A stretch of 32,000 nt of DNA from Gemmata obscuriglobus (GTDB lineage: Bacteria; Planctomycetota; Planctomycetia; Gemmatales; Gemmataceae), in NCBI RefSeq assembly GCF_008065095.1, contig NZ_CP042911.1, positions 840,001-872,000 on the forward strand, written 5' to 3'. The translations under genes were made by a program, and so were the position numbers. A model generated the notes under the pieces. That model saw only the letters and a list, made by a program, of their open reading frames with translations, searched no databases and was not told the origin of the DNA. Of the stretch, positions 1-7,624 are shown one piece after another (the first letter of the stretch is position 1; every line of letters begins with the position of its first letter).

Positions 1-501
1 GTGAGTGCGGGGGACACCCGCCTCGCGGGCGCCGTAACCGTCGTCGTGCGCACCAGCGCCGCGGCGGTGACCGCGCCCGTCGCCGCGCCGATCGCGCCGG
101 CCCCGCCGCCGGTTCCGGTCCCCCCTCCGATTGCCGCGCCACCTACGCCCGCGCCTCCCGCGCCCCCTGCAGCCGGCGACTACGACGACGGCCTGCCGAT
201 GCCGCTGGTGCCCCCGGCGCCGGCGCGCCGCCCGGTCGCTTCGATCCTCGACCTGGACGACCCGCGACCGGCACCGCCGAAGCCCGTGGCGCCGCCACCC
301 CCGGCGGCGAAACCGCCGGGACCGGTCGCGGGTCCGAAACCGCCGGTGCCGGCCCCGCCGCGCCCGCCCGTTCCGACCGTCGCCAAGCCGCCGGCGATCG
401 CCGCCAAGGACGGCGGCGCGGACGCGTGCCCGACCTGCCGGCGCAAGATCCCCGGCGCCCCGGGCGCGCGGTACTGCATGGTGTGCGACAAGACCTTTTG
501 A
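1..501 (+). CDS. Pro/Ala-rich protein ending in a CxxC-x12-CxxC zinc ribbon; probably 5'-truncated by the window edge
   Basis: Frame +1 is open from nt 1 to TGA 499-501, with G/C-dominated third codon positions. A long PAPPP-type tract is followed by CPTCRRKIPGAPGARYCMVCDKTF. It is on the same strand as the vWA gene and 52 nt upstream of it. The GTG at nt 1 is not evidence for a real start. Confidence 0.5.
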   Translation: MSAGDTRLAGAVTVVVRTSAAAVTAPVAAPIAPAPPPVPVPPPIAAPPTPAPPAPPAAGDYDDGLPMPLVPPAPARRPVASILDLDDPRPAPPKPVAPPPPAAKPPGPVAGPKPPVPAPPRPPVPTVAKPPAIAAKDGGADACPTCRRKIPGAPGARYCMVCDKTF

Positions 502-553
502 AACGCTGCCCCGAAGCCGACCCGACCTCTGCCACAGATAAGGAGCCCCGCCA

Positions 554-1450
554 GTGCCCTACGACATGCAGATCGACCGCTCCAACCCCGGGTGCATCGT
601 GTTCCTGGTGGACCTGTCCAACTCGATGCTCGACGGCATCGCGGGGACGCAGCGGGCCAAGATGGACACGGTCTCGACCGCGATCAACCGGTTCTTCCAG
701 GAGCTGATCACGAGCTGCGAGAAGGGCGAGGAGAAGCCCCGCAACTACTTCGACGTGGGGCTCATCGGGTACACCACCGACGCCAACGGGGTCGCGATCG
801 TCCGCCCGCTGTTCCAGCTCGGGCTGGCCGGCCGGGACCTCGTGAGCATCAGCGAGCTGTACGACCACCCGCTGGAGATCGAGCAGCGCCGCAAGAAGGA
901 GTTCGTGGACGACGGCGCCGGCGGGCTGACCGAGGTGGAGCGGCAGATCGCGTTCCCGGTGTGGTTCCGCTCGCCGGCCCCGACGGAGATGTTCGGCACC
1001 CCGATGTGCACGGCGCTGGGGTACGGCAAGCAGGTGCTCCAGGCGTGGATCGACGCGCACCCGAACAGCTTCCCGCCGATGGTCATCAACCTGACCGACG
1101 GCGAGTCGACCGACGGGATCCCGGTCCCGTTCGCCGAGGACCTCAAGGCGCTGGCCACCGCCGACGGGAGCGTGCTGCTGTTCAACTGCCACCTGTCGGG
1201 CCGCGACGCGCAGCCGGTGTTCCTCCCCTCCACCGAGTCGGCCCTGCCGGACGAGTACGCCCGCGACCTGTTCGGCATGTCCAGCCCGCTGCCGGACAAG
1301 CTGCGGCACATGGCGGAGGTGAAGGGGATCTCGGCCCCGCTCGGGTGCAAGGCGATGGCGTTCAACGCCGACGCGGTGAGCCTGCTGAAGCTGCTTAACG
1401 TGGGCACGCAGGTGGTCGCGGCGGCCACCCTGCCCCCGCACCTGCGGTGA
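554..1450 (+). CDS. von Willebrand factor A (vWA) domain protein, TerY-like, with intact MIDAS
   Basis: GTG 554 lies 8 nt after AGGAG (541-545). The translation shows DLSNS (aa 20-24, nt 611-625), GTPMCTAL (Thr149) and LTDGESTDG (Asp182). These cover all MIDAS positions of a metal-binding vWA fold. Confidence 0.8.
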   Translation: MPYDMQIDRSNPGCIVFLVDLSNSMLDGIAGTQRAKMDTVSTAINRFFQELITSCEKGEEKPRNYFDVGLIGYTTDANGVAIVRPLFQLGLAGRDLVSISELYDHPLEIEQRRKKEFVDDGAGGLTEVERQIAFPVWFRSPAPTEMFGTPMCTALGYGKQVLQAWIDAHPNSFPPMVINLTDGESTDGIPVPFAEDLKALATADGSVLLFNCHLSGRDAQPVFLPSTESALPDEYARDLFGMSSPLPDKLRHMAEVKGISAPLGCKAMAFNADAVSLLKLLNVGTQVVAAATLPPHLR

Positions 1451-1462
1451 GCGCACGTTTCA

Positions 1463-1541
1463 AGTTCCAGGTTCCGAGTTCCACGCCCGACGGTCGGGAG
1501 CCTGGTTTCGTGCCCCTAACTTGGAACCCGCCACTTGGAAC
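1463..1541. repeat. Intergenic GTTCC/GGAAC repeat set between the two vWA genes
   Basis: Read directly from the sequence. There are three tandem 7-mers, AGTTCCA-GGTTCCG-AGTTCCA (1463-1483). A small hairpin CCCGA-CGG-TCGGG follows (1486-1498). Then come two copies of ACTTGGAAC (1519-1527 and 1533-1541) in the opposite orientation to the GTTCC units. The last copy contains the predicted TTG start (1535). Confidence 0.6.
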
Positions 1542-3376
1542 ATGAAACTACAGCGGAGCCGCCGCCCGGGTGCCTCGTGCTGCTCCTGCGGCTCTCGGGC
1601 GGGATGACCCGCGACGTGGTCACCCCCCGGGGCGAGGCGCCGGCGGTCGAGGCGGCGCGGCTCCTCGCGGACGACCTCATCGAAGGGCTGGTGAACACGG
1701 CCGCGGCCGGGTACGCGGTCGGCGCGCTCGACGTCGCCGTGCTCGGCTACCGCGCGCCCGACCAGGAGGGCCAGCAGCTCCTCTCGCTGCTCCCCGACGG
1801 CGACCCCAAGCCGCGGTTCGTGCCGCTCGCGCACGTCGCCGGGGCGCCGGCGGTCCCGCGCGACGGGGACGGGCTCCCGCGGAAGTGGGCCGTGCTCCCC
1901 GCCTGCGCCGGCGAGCCGTCCGCCGGCGCGGCCCTCGCGGGCGTTTACCAGATGGTGTCCGTGTGGCTCACCGGGCGCTACGCGAGCCGCCCGCCGGTCG
2001 TCATCCACTGCGCCGGCGCCGGCGACCACGACGACAGCTACTTTACTACCGCGCGGTCGCTGAACCTGCTCGGCACGGCCCACGGGCCGACGCGCCTGCT
2101 GCACTACACCTTCGCCCCGCAGCCCGCGGCCCCCGCCGACTCCCGGCTCGCGGACGTGTCGGCGGCGCTCGCGGCGCGCCGCGGCGCGTTCGTCAACGAG
2201 TGGGACCTCGCCGACCCGTGGGACGCGATCTTCGCGTGCGCGCCCCAGGAGGACGCGACCGCCTGGGCCGACGCCGGGGCCGGGCTGTCCGGCGTGTGCG
2301 CCATGTGGGCGCAAAAGATGGGCAACACCCCCGAACAGTGGGAGGACGCCTACGCGCTGGACGAGGGCCGCGGCGCCGCGGCCGTTGCCGACGGGGCCAG
2401 CAGCGGCATCTACTGCAGCATCTGGGCGCAGCAGCTCTGCCGGCGGCTTCTGGCGGACCGCCCGGACGTTCGGGACCCCGCGGCTCTGAACAAATGGGTC
2501 GCCGGGTTGCGCGCGGAGTGGCGCGCGGCGATCAACTACGACGGGCTGAACTGGTCGAAGCAGGCCAAGGTCGATCAGGTCGGCGCCGCCGCGACCCTTC
2601 TGGGGCTGGAAGTCGGCCCCGCGGATGCGACCGGCGGGCGCCCGTGGCGCGCGTGCGCGGTCGGCGACGCGAGCCTGTTCTGGGTGCGCCGGGGCGAGCT
2701 GCTGGCGACGTTCCCGGTGGTCGCGGCGGACCAGTTCGGGTCGGCGCCGCTGCTGGTGCGGTCGAGCCCGGGGTACCGCACGGCCGCGCTCGCGGCCGCC
2801 GGGACGTGCGAGCCGGGCGACCGGTTCGTGCTCGCGACGGACGCCGTGGCGGCCCGGCTGTTCAAAAGCGCCGCGACCGAACTCGGCGTCGACTGGGAGC
2901 GGCTCGAGGGCCTCGCGGAAGCCGACTGGCGCGCGGAACTGGACGTGCTCCGGCGCGGCAACGACATGGTCAACGACGATTGCACGCTGGTCGTTCTGCG
3001 CGTCACCGACCCGGCGCGCGAGGGGCCTGAGCCCCCCGAAGTAGTCGGAGAGGTTTTCGCGCGCGAAGACGTACCCGCGCGCGAGCCGCTCGCAGAGGCG
3101 TTCGCGGTCGAAGATGTGCCGGCGAACGAGGGGCTCACGCTCGAAGAGGCGCTCGCCCTCGAGCCGCTCGCGGTCGAAGAGGCGGCCGCGAGCGAGCCGC
3201 CGGCGCGCGAGCCCGGGGGGGAGCCACAAGAGCGCTCGGGACCCGGCGGCTCGGGCGCGCCGCCGAACGAACCCGTTGCGGTCGGCGGCGGCGACGTGGT
3301 GATCGATCTGCCCTGCGACCCGCCACCGGCGCCGCCCGCGGACGGCGCACCGGCGCGAACGGCCTCCGGCGACTGA
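1535..3376 (+). CDS. Fusion protein: degenerate (MIDAS-less) vWA-like domain + PP2C-type Ser/Thr phosphatase domain + acidic Glu/Pro/Ala-rich tail
   Basis: The longest in-frame start is TTG 1535 and it has no obvious SD. GTG 1577 is the next option, so the start is uncertain. The N-terminal ~200 aa parallels the upstream vWA (CLVLLLRLSGGM vs CIVFLVDLSNSM; PPVVIHCAGAGDHDDS vs PPMVINLTDGESTDG), but the MIDAS Asp/Ser/Thr/Asp residues are replaced. Residues ~255-490 carry PP2C-type motifs with their Asp residues: AVADGASSG, AVGDASLFWVRRGEL, FVLATDAV and NDDCTLVVL. The tail contains a duplicated F-A-x-E-D-V-P-A unit. Confidence 0.7.
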   Translation: MEHETTAEPPPGCLVLLLRLSGGMTRDVVTPRGEAPAVEAARLLADDLIEGLVNTAAAGYAVGALDVAVLGYRAPDQEGQQLLSLLPDGDPKPRFVPLAHVAGAPAVPRDGDGLPRKWAVLPACAGEPSAGAALAGVYQMVSVWLTGRYASRPPVVIHCAGAGDHDDSYFTTARSLNLLGTAHGPTRLLHYTFAPQPAAPADSRLADVSAALAARRGAFVNEWDLADPWDAIFACAPQEDATAWADAGAGLSGVCAMWAQKMGNTPEQWEDAYALDEGRGAAAVADGASSGIYCSIWAQQLCRRLLADRPDVRDPAALNKWVAGLRAEWRAAINYDGLNWSKQAKVDQVGAAATLLGLEVGPADATGGRPWRACAVGDASLFWVRRGELLATFPVVAADQFGSAPLLVRSSPGYRTAALAAAGTCEPGDRFVLATDAVAARLFKSAATELGVDWERLEGLAEADWRAELDVLRRGNDMVNDDCTLVVLRVTDPAREGPEPPEVVGEVFAREDVPAREPLAEAFAVEDVPANEGLTLEEALALEPLAVEEAAASEPPAREPGGEPQERSGPGGSGAPPNEPVAVGGGDVVIDLPCDPPPAPPADGAPARTASGD

Positions 3377-3393
3377 CCTGCGCGAGGAACCCC

Positions 3394-5625
3394 ATGCCCC
3401 CGCTCCGTTCGTTCGCACTCGCGGCCCTCGTCGCGCTCGCGCCGGGTGCCGTCGCCCGGGACGCGGCCGAGGTCCAGAAGCGGCTCGCGACCGGGTCCGA
3501 CGCGCAAAAGCGGCTCCGCGTGGACGCCCTCACCGTTGCCGACGGCCGGGCGAAACTCACCGGAGCGTTCCTCGACGTTCCGGCCGCCCGGGAGGGCGCC
3601 CCGACCGCGTTCGCGACCGCGCAGGAAGAGACCGCCAAGCTCGTTCGCGAGGTGCTCAAGAGCGCGAACCTCGTTCTCGACTGGTCCGGGGTGCAAAAGG
3701 TCGAAGAAAAGGATCACCCGCACGTCGTGCTCCAGGCCGCGGCCAACGCGGCGGGGTCGAAGGGCGACGCGCCCGCGGACCGGGTTCTGTTCGCGTCGAG
3801 CCGGTTCGGCCCCGACGGTGCGGTGGTGCTTTCTGGCCGCCGTGGCAAGGACGAAGCCGTTGCGAAATGGGTAGCAGGCGCCATTTCTGAACGCCTCGCG
3901 AAGAGCCCCGCCGTGAAACTCGTCGGCGAGAAGCCGCTCGTCGTTGACGGTTTGAAGGCGGTCGAATGGAAGCTCACTCCGGCGGACGTTCAGAAACTGC
4001 TCGCGACCTCAACTGACGCCGCCACGCGCCGGCTCCGTGCGGACCGCGTGTGCCTCGCGTTCGACGCCCAAAATCCCGACCCGGCCGCGCGTTACACCGT
4101 ACTCCACCTCAGGTTTTCTGGAGTACGGCTCAGCGAGGACGCCGTCCGCACCGGCCCCATCTCCGACGCATGCCGCAAGCAATGGCCCGAACTGTTCGTC
4201 GGCGCGCCGCGGGTGCTGATCGATCTCAAGCCCCTGCTGGGGCCGGGGGTTCCGGAGCTGGCGCAGAAGCTGCAAACCGCGGTCGCGGCCAGACCGCCCC
4301 TCGACGGCGTGCGCATCGACCCGGGGGCGGAGTTCGATTCCGAGGGGCGTTTGGTGCTTGTGGGCGCTCAACCGGGGCTGACGGTCGCGGGTGAGAAGGA
4401 GCTGACGACCACGTTCCAGGCCGTGTTGAAGGAACTCGCCGGCAAAGGGGGCGCGGCGTCCGGGCGGTACCAGCGCCTTGCAGAAGGCGCCATATCGGTC
4501 AAGCGGATGAAGGTCGTCGCGACGAAAAAGGTGCTCGCCGAGCTGCGCGAGTGGGCCGACAAGACGACGGACGACGCCCGCGTCTCGCGAGTCCACTTCG
4601 GGGCCGACGGGGCGCTCACGCTCGACGCCAAAACCGTGACGAAAAGTGACGGCGAGAAGGTGTGGCGGAAGTTCAAGGAACTGACCGATCGGCACCTCGC
4701 CCCGGATGGTTCCCAAGAGAACGGGCGTTCGTTCGGCGCGGTGGCGGAGCCGAAGGGGGACCCGCCCACGTTCGGCGCGAGCCTGACCGCTCACCTGCGC
4801 AAAGAGATGGCCGCCGACCAAAAGAAATGGAACGGCGTGCTCATCGAGCGCGGGCTCTTTGACGCCGACAACCGGTACACGTTACGGGGAGTGGCCGACA
4901 GCGCGAAGCAAAACGACGAACTCGCGAAGCTGCTCGGTGCGATCCAGGCTGACCCCAGGTGGGCCGAATTCTTCGCGGTCGCGCCCAACAAACCGGCGCT
5001 CGACGTGCTTCCGCTCAGCGACCTGCTCGATCGGGTGAAGCGAGTGACGCCAGCGTACCCGGAGTTCGACGGGGTGCGGATCGAGGCCGCGCGGTACGAC
5101 GCGGATGTGAACCTCATTTTCGATGCGACCGCCGCCGGGGCGGTTGGCGCCGCGCCGGCGGAACTGCTGGCGAAACTGATCCGCGACCACGAGGGCTACA
5201 GGCGCCGCGTGCCCGCCGGTAAGCCGGTCAAGATCGTGCGCACCGGCGGCCCGGCCGCAGCGGGCCGCGACGGATTTAGCTTGGCCACCGGGGCCCAACT
5301 GGTGGAACAGGGCGACGACAAGAAGGTCCGGGCGTGGCTCGACGACGCCCTGCTGAACCACGCGAACGAGTCGGGGTTGTGGTACCTGAGCGCGTACCAC
5401 AACCATCTGAAGGGCGAGGCGGAACTGGTGCGCCGCGACCTGCGCCGGGTGATCGAACTGGAGGGCGGCCCGGGGGCGAATGAGGGGACCCAGCGGAAGC
5501 GCCGGTACGAGGCGGCGAAGAACCTTCAGGGCAAAGCCCGTAACGAACTGGACGCGCTGTGGGTGGAGTATCAGCGTGAGGTCAAAAACGGTGCCAAGCG
5601 AATCACGCTGACGGCGGATAAATGA
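3394..5625 (+). CDS. Secreted 743-aa protein of unknown function built from ~7 BON-like repeat modules plus a helical C-terminal region
   Basis: ATG 3394 lies 5 nt after GAGGA (3384-3388) and 17 nt after the previous stop. The N-terminus is signal-like (MPPLRSFALAALVALAPGAVA). A module of the form helix - [RG]-[VI]-x4-[FY]-x2-[DE]-G-x-[LV]-x-L-x-G recurs. Examples are RVDALTVADGRAKLTG, SSRFGPDGAVVLSG, EFDSEGRLVLVG, VHFGADGALTLD, GLFDADNRYTLRG and RYDADVNLIFD. Confidence 0.65.
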   Translation: MPPLRSFALAALVALAPGAVARDAAEVQKRLATGSDAQKRLRVDALTVADGRAKLTGAFLDVPAAREGAPTAFATAQEETAKLVREVLKSANLVLDWSGVQKVEEKDHPHVVLQAAANAAGSKGDAPADRVLFASSRFGPDGAVVLSGRRGKDEAVAKWVAGAISERLAKSPAVKLVGEKPLVVDGLKAVEWKLTPADVQKLLATSTDAATRRLRADRVCLAFDAQNPDPAARYTVLHLRFSGVRLSEDAVRTGPISDACRKQWPELFVGAPRVLIDLKPLLGPGVPELAQKLQTAVAARPPLDGVRIDPGAEFDSEGRLVLVGAQPGLTVAGEKELTTTFQAVLKELAGKGGAASGRYQRLAEGAISVKRMKVVATKKVLAELREWADKTTDDARVSRVHFGADGALTLDAKTVTKSDGEKVWRKFKELTDRHLAPDGSQENGRSFGAVAEPKGDPPTFGASLTAHLRKEMAADQKKWNGVLIERGLFDADNRYTLRGVADSAKQNDELAKLLGAIQADPRWAEFFAVAPNKPALDVLPLSDLLDRVKRVTPAYPEFDGVRIEAARYDADVNLIFDATAAGAVGAAPAELLAKLIRDHEGYRRRVPAGKPVKIVRTGGPAAAGRDGFSLATGAQLVEQGDDKKVRAWLDDALLNHANESGLWYLSAYHNHLKGEAELVRRDLRRVIELEGGPGANEGTQRKRRYEAAKNLQGKARNELDALWVEYQREVKNGAKRITLTADK

Positions 5626-5751
5626 GCCGAAGGCGCGCGGTCGGTCGCGATATGGCTGCTCGCCCCGGTTGGTGGTACCTACGAAGGGCGATCGCCGGTC
5701 GGGAGGGAACGCCATCCGGGATCCGGTCGTTTCAAGCTGTTGGTTGTGCGC

Positions 5752-5823
5752 CACCCGCCTGCTGATGCAGGCGGTTCGACAAGCCACGTTACACCCGCCT
5801 GCGTCAGCAGGCGGGTGTAACGT
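5752..5823. repeat. Two adjacent related palindromes sharing the 11-nt arm CACCCGCCTGC (REP-like); the second is a perfect 17-bp stem
   Basis: Hairpin 1 is CCGCCTGC-TGAT-GCAGGCGG (5755-5774). Hairpin 2 is ACGTTACACCCGCCTGC-GTCA-GCAGGCGGGTGTAACGT (5786-5823). CACCCGCCTGC occurs at 5752-5762 and 5792-5802. Confidence 0.8.
5786..5823. terminator. Probable bidirectional transcription stop (17-bp perfect stem, 4-nt loop) between convergent genes
   Basis: It lies between the stop of the + strand gene (5625) and the stop of the - strand gene (5879). There is no clear U-tract on either side, so intrinsic-terminator function is an inference. Confidence 0.45.
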
Positions 5824-5878
5824 GTTGGGCTCCGCGAGTGATCTCATCTCGGCGGCCGTCAACTTGAAACGACTGGAA

Positions 5879-7393
5879 TCAGTTCAGCCCCGCGGCGCGT
5901 TTCCGCCAGCGCACGAGCGGCGCGCCCGCGGCCTTCGCGTCGAGGGCGTTCCACGCGGTCTGCGCCTCCGCGAGCACATCCGCCGGCTTCGCACCCGAAC
6001 CGAGCTTCCGCAGCGCGGCCGCCGCGTCGCGGGTGAGGGCCTCACGGTCCGGGCCACGCAGACCGAGCGTCGGGTTCTTGACCGCCTCGGCCAGGTACCC
6101 CCGCAGCGTGTCTTGCAGGGCCTGCGACCGGGCCGGGTCGAACCCGTACCCGAGCCACAGCGGGAACTGGTCCGGGCTGAGGTCCGCGGGGCGCAGGGGG
6201 CCGGCGCCCAGGCCCGGGGTGCTGATCAGTTCCGCCGTTCGGGCCGGGCCGGCCAACTCCGCGAGCAGCTCGAACGCCAGTTCGGGACGCGGGCAGCGTG
6301 CCCGGACCACCCCCAGCCGCCCCCCCGCGAAGTACGGAACGTAGTTCACCACCTGCTTCTCGGCCGGGGGGGCGCCCGGCTCGAGGGGCCGTTGCGCGCC
6401 CGGTACGGGGGCGATCCCGAACCGCGCCGGTACCGTGCCGTTCTCGCGCGGCAGTTTCGCGAGCTGGTCGAGCGAAACGATCGCCAGCACCGCCTTGCCG
6501 GCCGTCAGCGCGGCGACCGGGTCATCGGACGCGCCGGGCGGAACGGCGCCGGCCGCCGCGAGCCCCGCCAGCCACCGCGCCGATTCCGCGAACCCCCGCG
6601 CCAGCAGCCGCGGCTTGCCGGTCCGGATCTCGAAGTGGAACGCGAGCAACTCCTCGTCCTTGACCCGCTCGCTCAGGTCCTTGTCGCTCAGGGTCGGGCG
6701 GTCGAAGGAACTCGCGACGCGGGAGAACAGGTCGAACAGGGCGGTCGGGTCGGCCGGCAGCGGGGGCACGCTCGGCCCCTTGTCGCGGGCCGCGAAGAAC
6801 GCGGCCACGTCCGCGTACTGGTCCCAGGTGGCCGGGGCGGCGAGCGGCCCCTTCCCGCGCTTGGCGAACTCCGCGGCGGCGGCCGGATCGGCGAACCGGT
6901 CGGCCCGGTACACCAGCAGCACCCCGTCGCCGGTGAGCGGGATCGCCTGGGTCTGATCGCCCCACGCCGCGAGCCGCTCCGCGTACGGCGGCAGCATCTC
7001 CGAAACCAGCCCGCGCCACTTCAGCGGCAGCGGCGCGAGGTGCCCGGGTTCGGCCCACTCGCCGAGGCGGTTCGCGGGGAGCACCGCGAGGTCGGTGGCG
7101 TCGGCCGCCGTCATCGGGTCGCGGGTGAGGGTCACCGCCGCGCCGGTCCGCACCTCCCAGGAGCGGATCATCGGCTCGACGGCGGCGGCGAACGCCGGGT
7201 CCGAGCAGTTGAACGTCAGTTGCGCGCCTTCGTGGGGCCGCCCGGGGCGGTCCGGGGCGGTGCCCTGCGCCCCGCTCCCGTCGCACCCGGTGACCAGAGC
7301 ACCGAGCGCGGCGACGAGCAGAAGGCCGCCAATTATGGTGAGGGTGTGAAGCCGGTATCGGTTGCGCGGAATCGGGGGAAGTGCCTGTTGCAT
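5879..7393 (-). CDS. Extracellular solute-binding lipoprotein (ABC-type family 1-like), with no adjacent permease or ATPase
   Basis: I place the start at ATG 7393-7391 (MQQALPPIPRNRYRLHTLTIIGGLLLVAALGALVTGC). This gives a signal peptide plus a VTGC lipobox. The longer 7543 start adds a non-signal extension. The body has SBP-like features (APATWDQYADVAAFFAARD, two-lobe length of ~480 aa). Confidence 0.6.
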   Translation of the reverse strand: MQQALPPIPRNRYRLHTLTIIGGLLLVAALGALVTGCDGSGAQGTAPDRPGRPHEGAQLTFNCSDPAFAAAVEPMIRSWEVRTGAAVTLTRDPMTAADATDLAVLPANRLGEWAEPGHLAPLPLKWRGLVSEMLPPYAERLAAWGDQTQAIPLTGDGVLLVYRADRFADPAAAAEFAKRGKGPLAAPATWDQYADVAAFFAARDKGPSVPPLPADPTALFDLFSRVASSFDRPTLSDKDLSERVKDEELLAFHFEIRTGKPRLLARGFAESARWLAGLAAAGAVPPGASDDPVAALTAGKAVLAIVSLDQLAKLPRENGTVPARFGIAPVPGAQRPLEPGAPPAEKQVVNYVPYFAGGRLGVVRARCPRPELAFELLAELAGPARTAELISTPGLGAGPLRPADLSPDQFPLWLGYGFDPARSQALQDTLRGYLAEAVKNPTLGLRGPDREALTRDAAAALRKLGSGAKPADVLAEAQTAWNALDAKAAGAPLVRWRKRAAGLN

Positions 7394-7624
7394 AGCGCGC
7401 CGCCCGTAGCATACAATGACGAGCGCTACCACCAGGGTTTGCCGAAGAAACCCAAGACTCGCAGTGGTGCGCACACTCTGAGCGTAGCCCGATCGGGGTT
7501 CGCGGCAAGTCGGTGATGTCGTCCCTGCCCAGGCGCGGCCCACGCGCGGGGACGGTTCCCGGTCGCTCGCGACTCCTCACCTCGGCCGAGGGTTCGGACG
7601 GTTCAACGGCGAAGGACACACGAC

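Noticed and set aside
143-3418. Long minus-strand ORFs 143-1456 (437 aa) and 1460-3418 (652 aa), and the plus-strand frame-shifted ORFs 131-541, 592-1398 and 1570-3030
   Set aside because: They are Arg/Gly/Ala/Pro-rich translations antisense to or out of frame with genes that carry clear vWA and PP2C motifs. These are typical shadow ORFs of high-G+C DNA.
7394-7543. N-terminal extension of the solute-binding protein ORF to 7543
   Set aside because: The internal ATG 7393 gives a proper signal peptide and lipobox. The 50-aa extension is non-hydrophobic and would bury the signal.
5669-7619. ORF 5669-7516 (+, 615 aa) and ORF 6522-7619 (-, 365 aa)
   Set aside because: They overlap the solute-binding-protein gene in other frames, are extremely Arg-rich, and have no motifs. 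The 5' part of the + ORF runs through the palindromic repeats.
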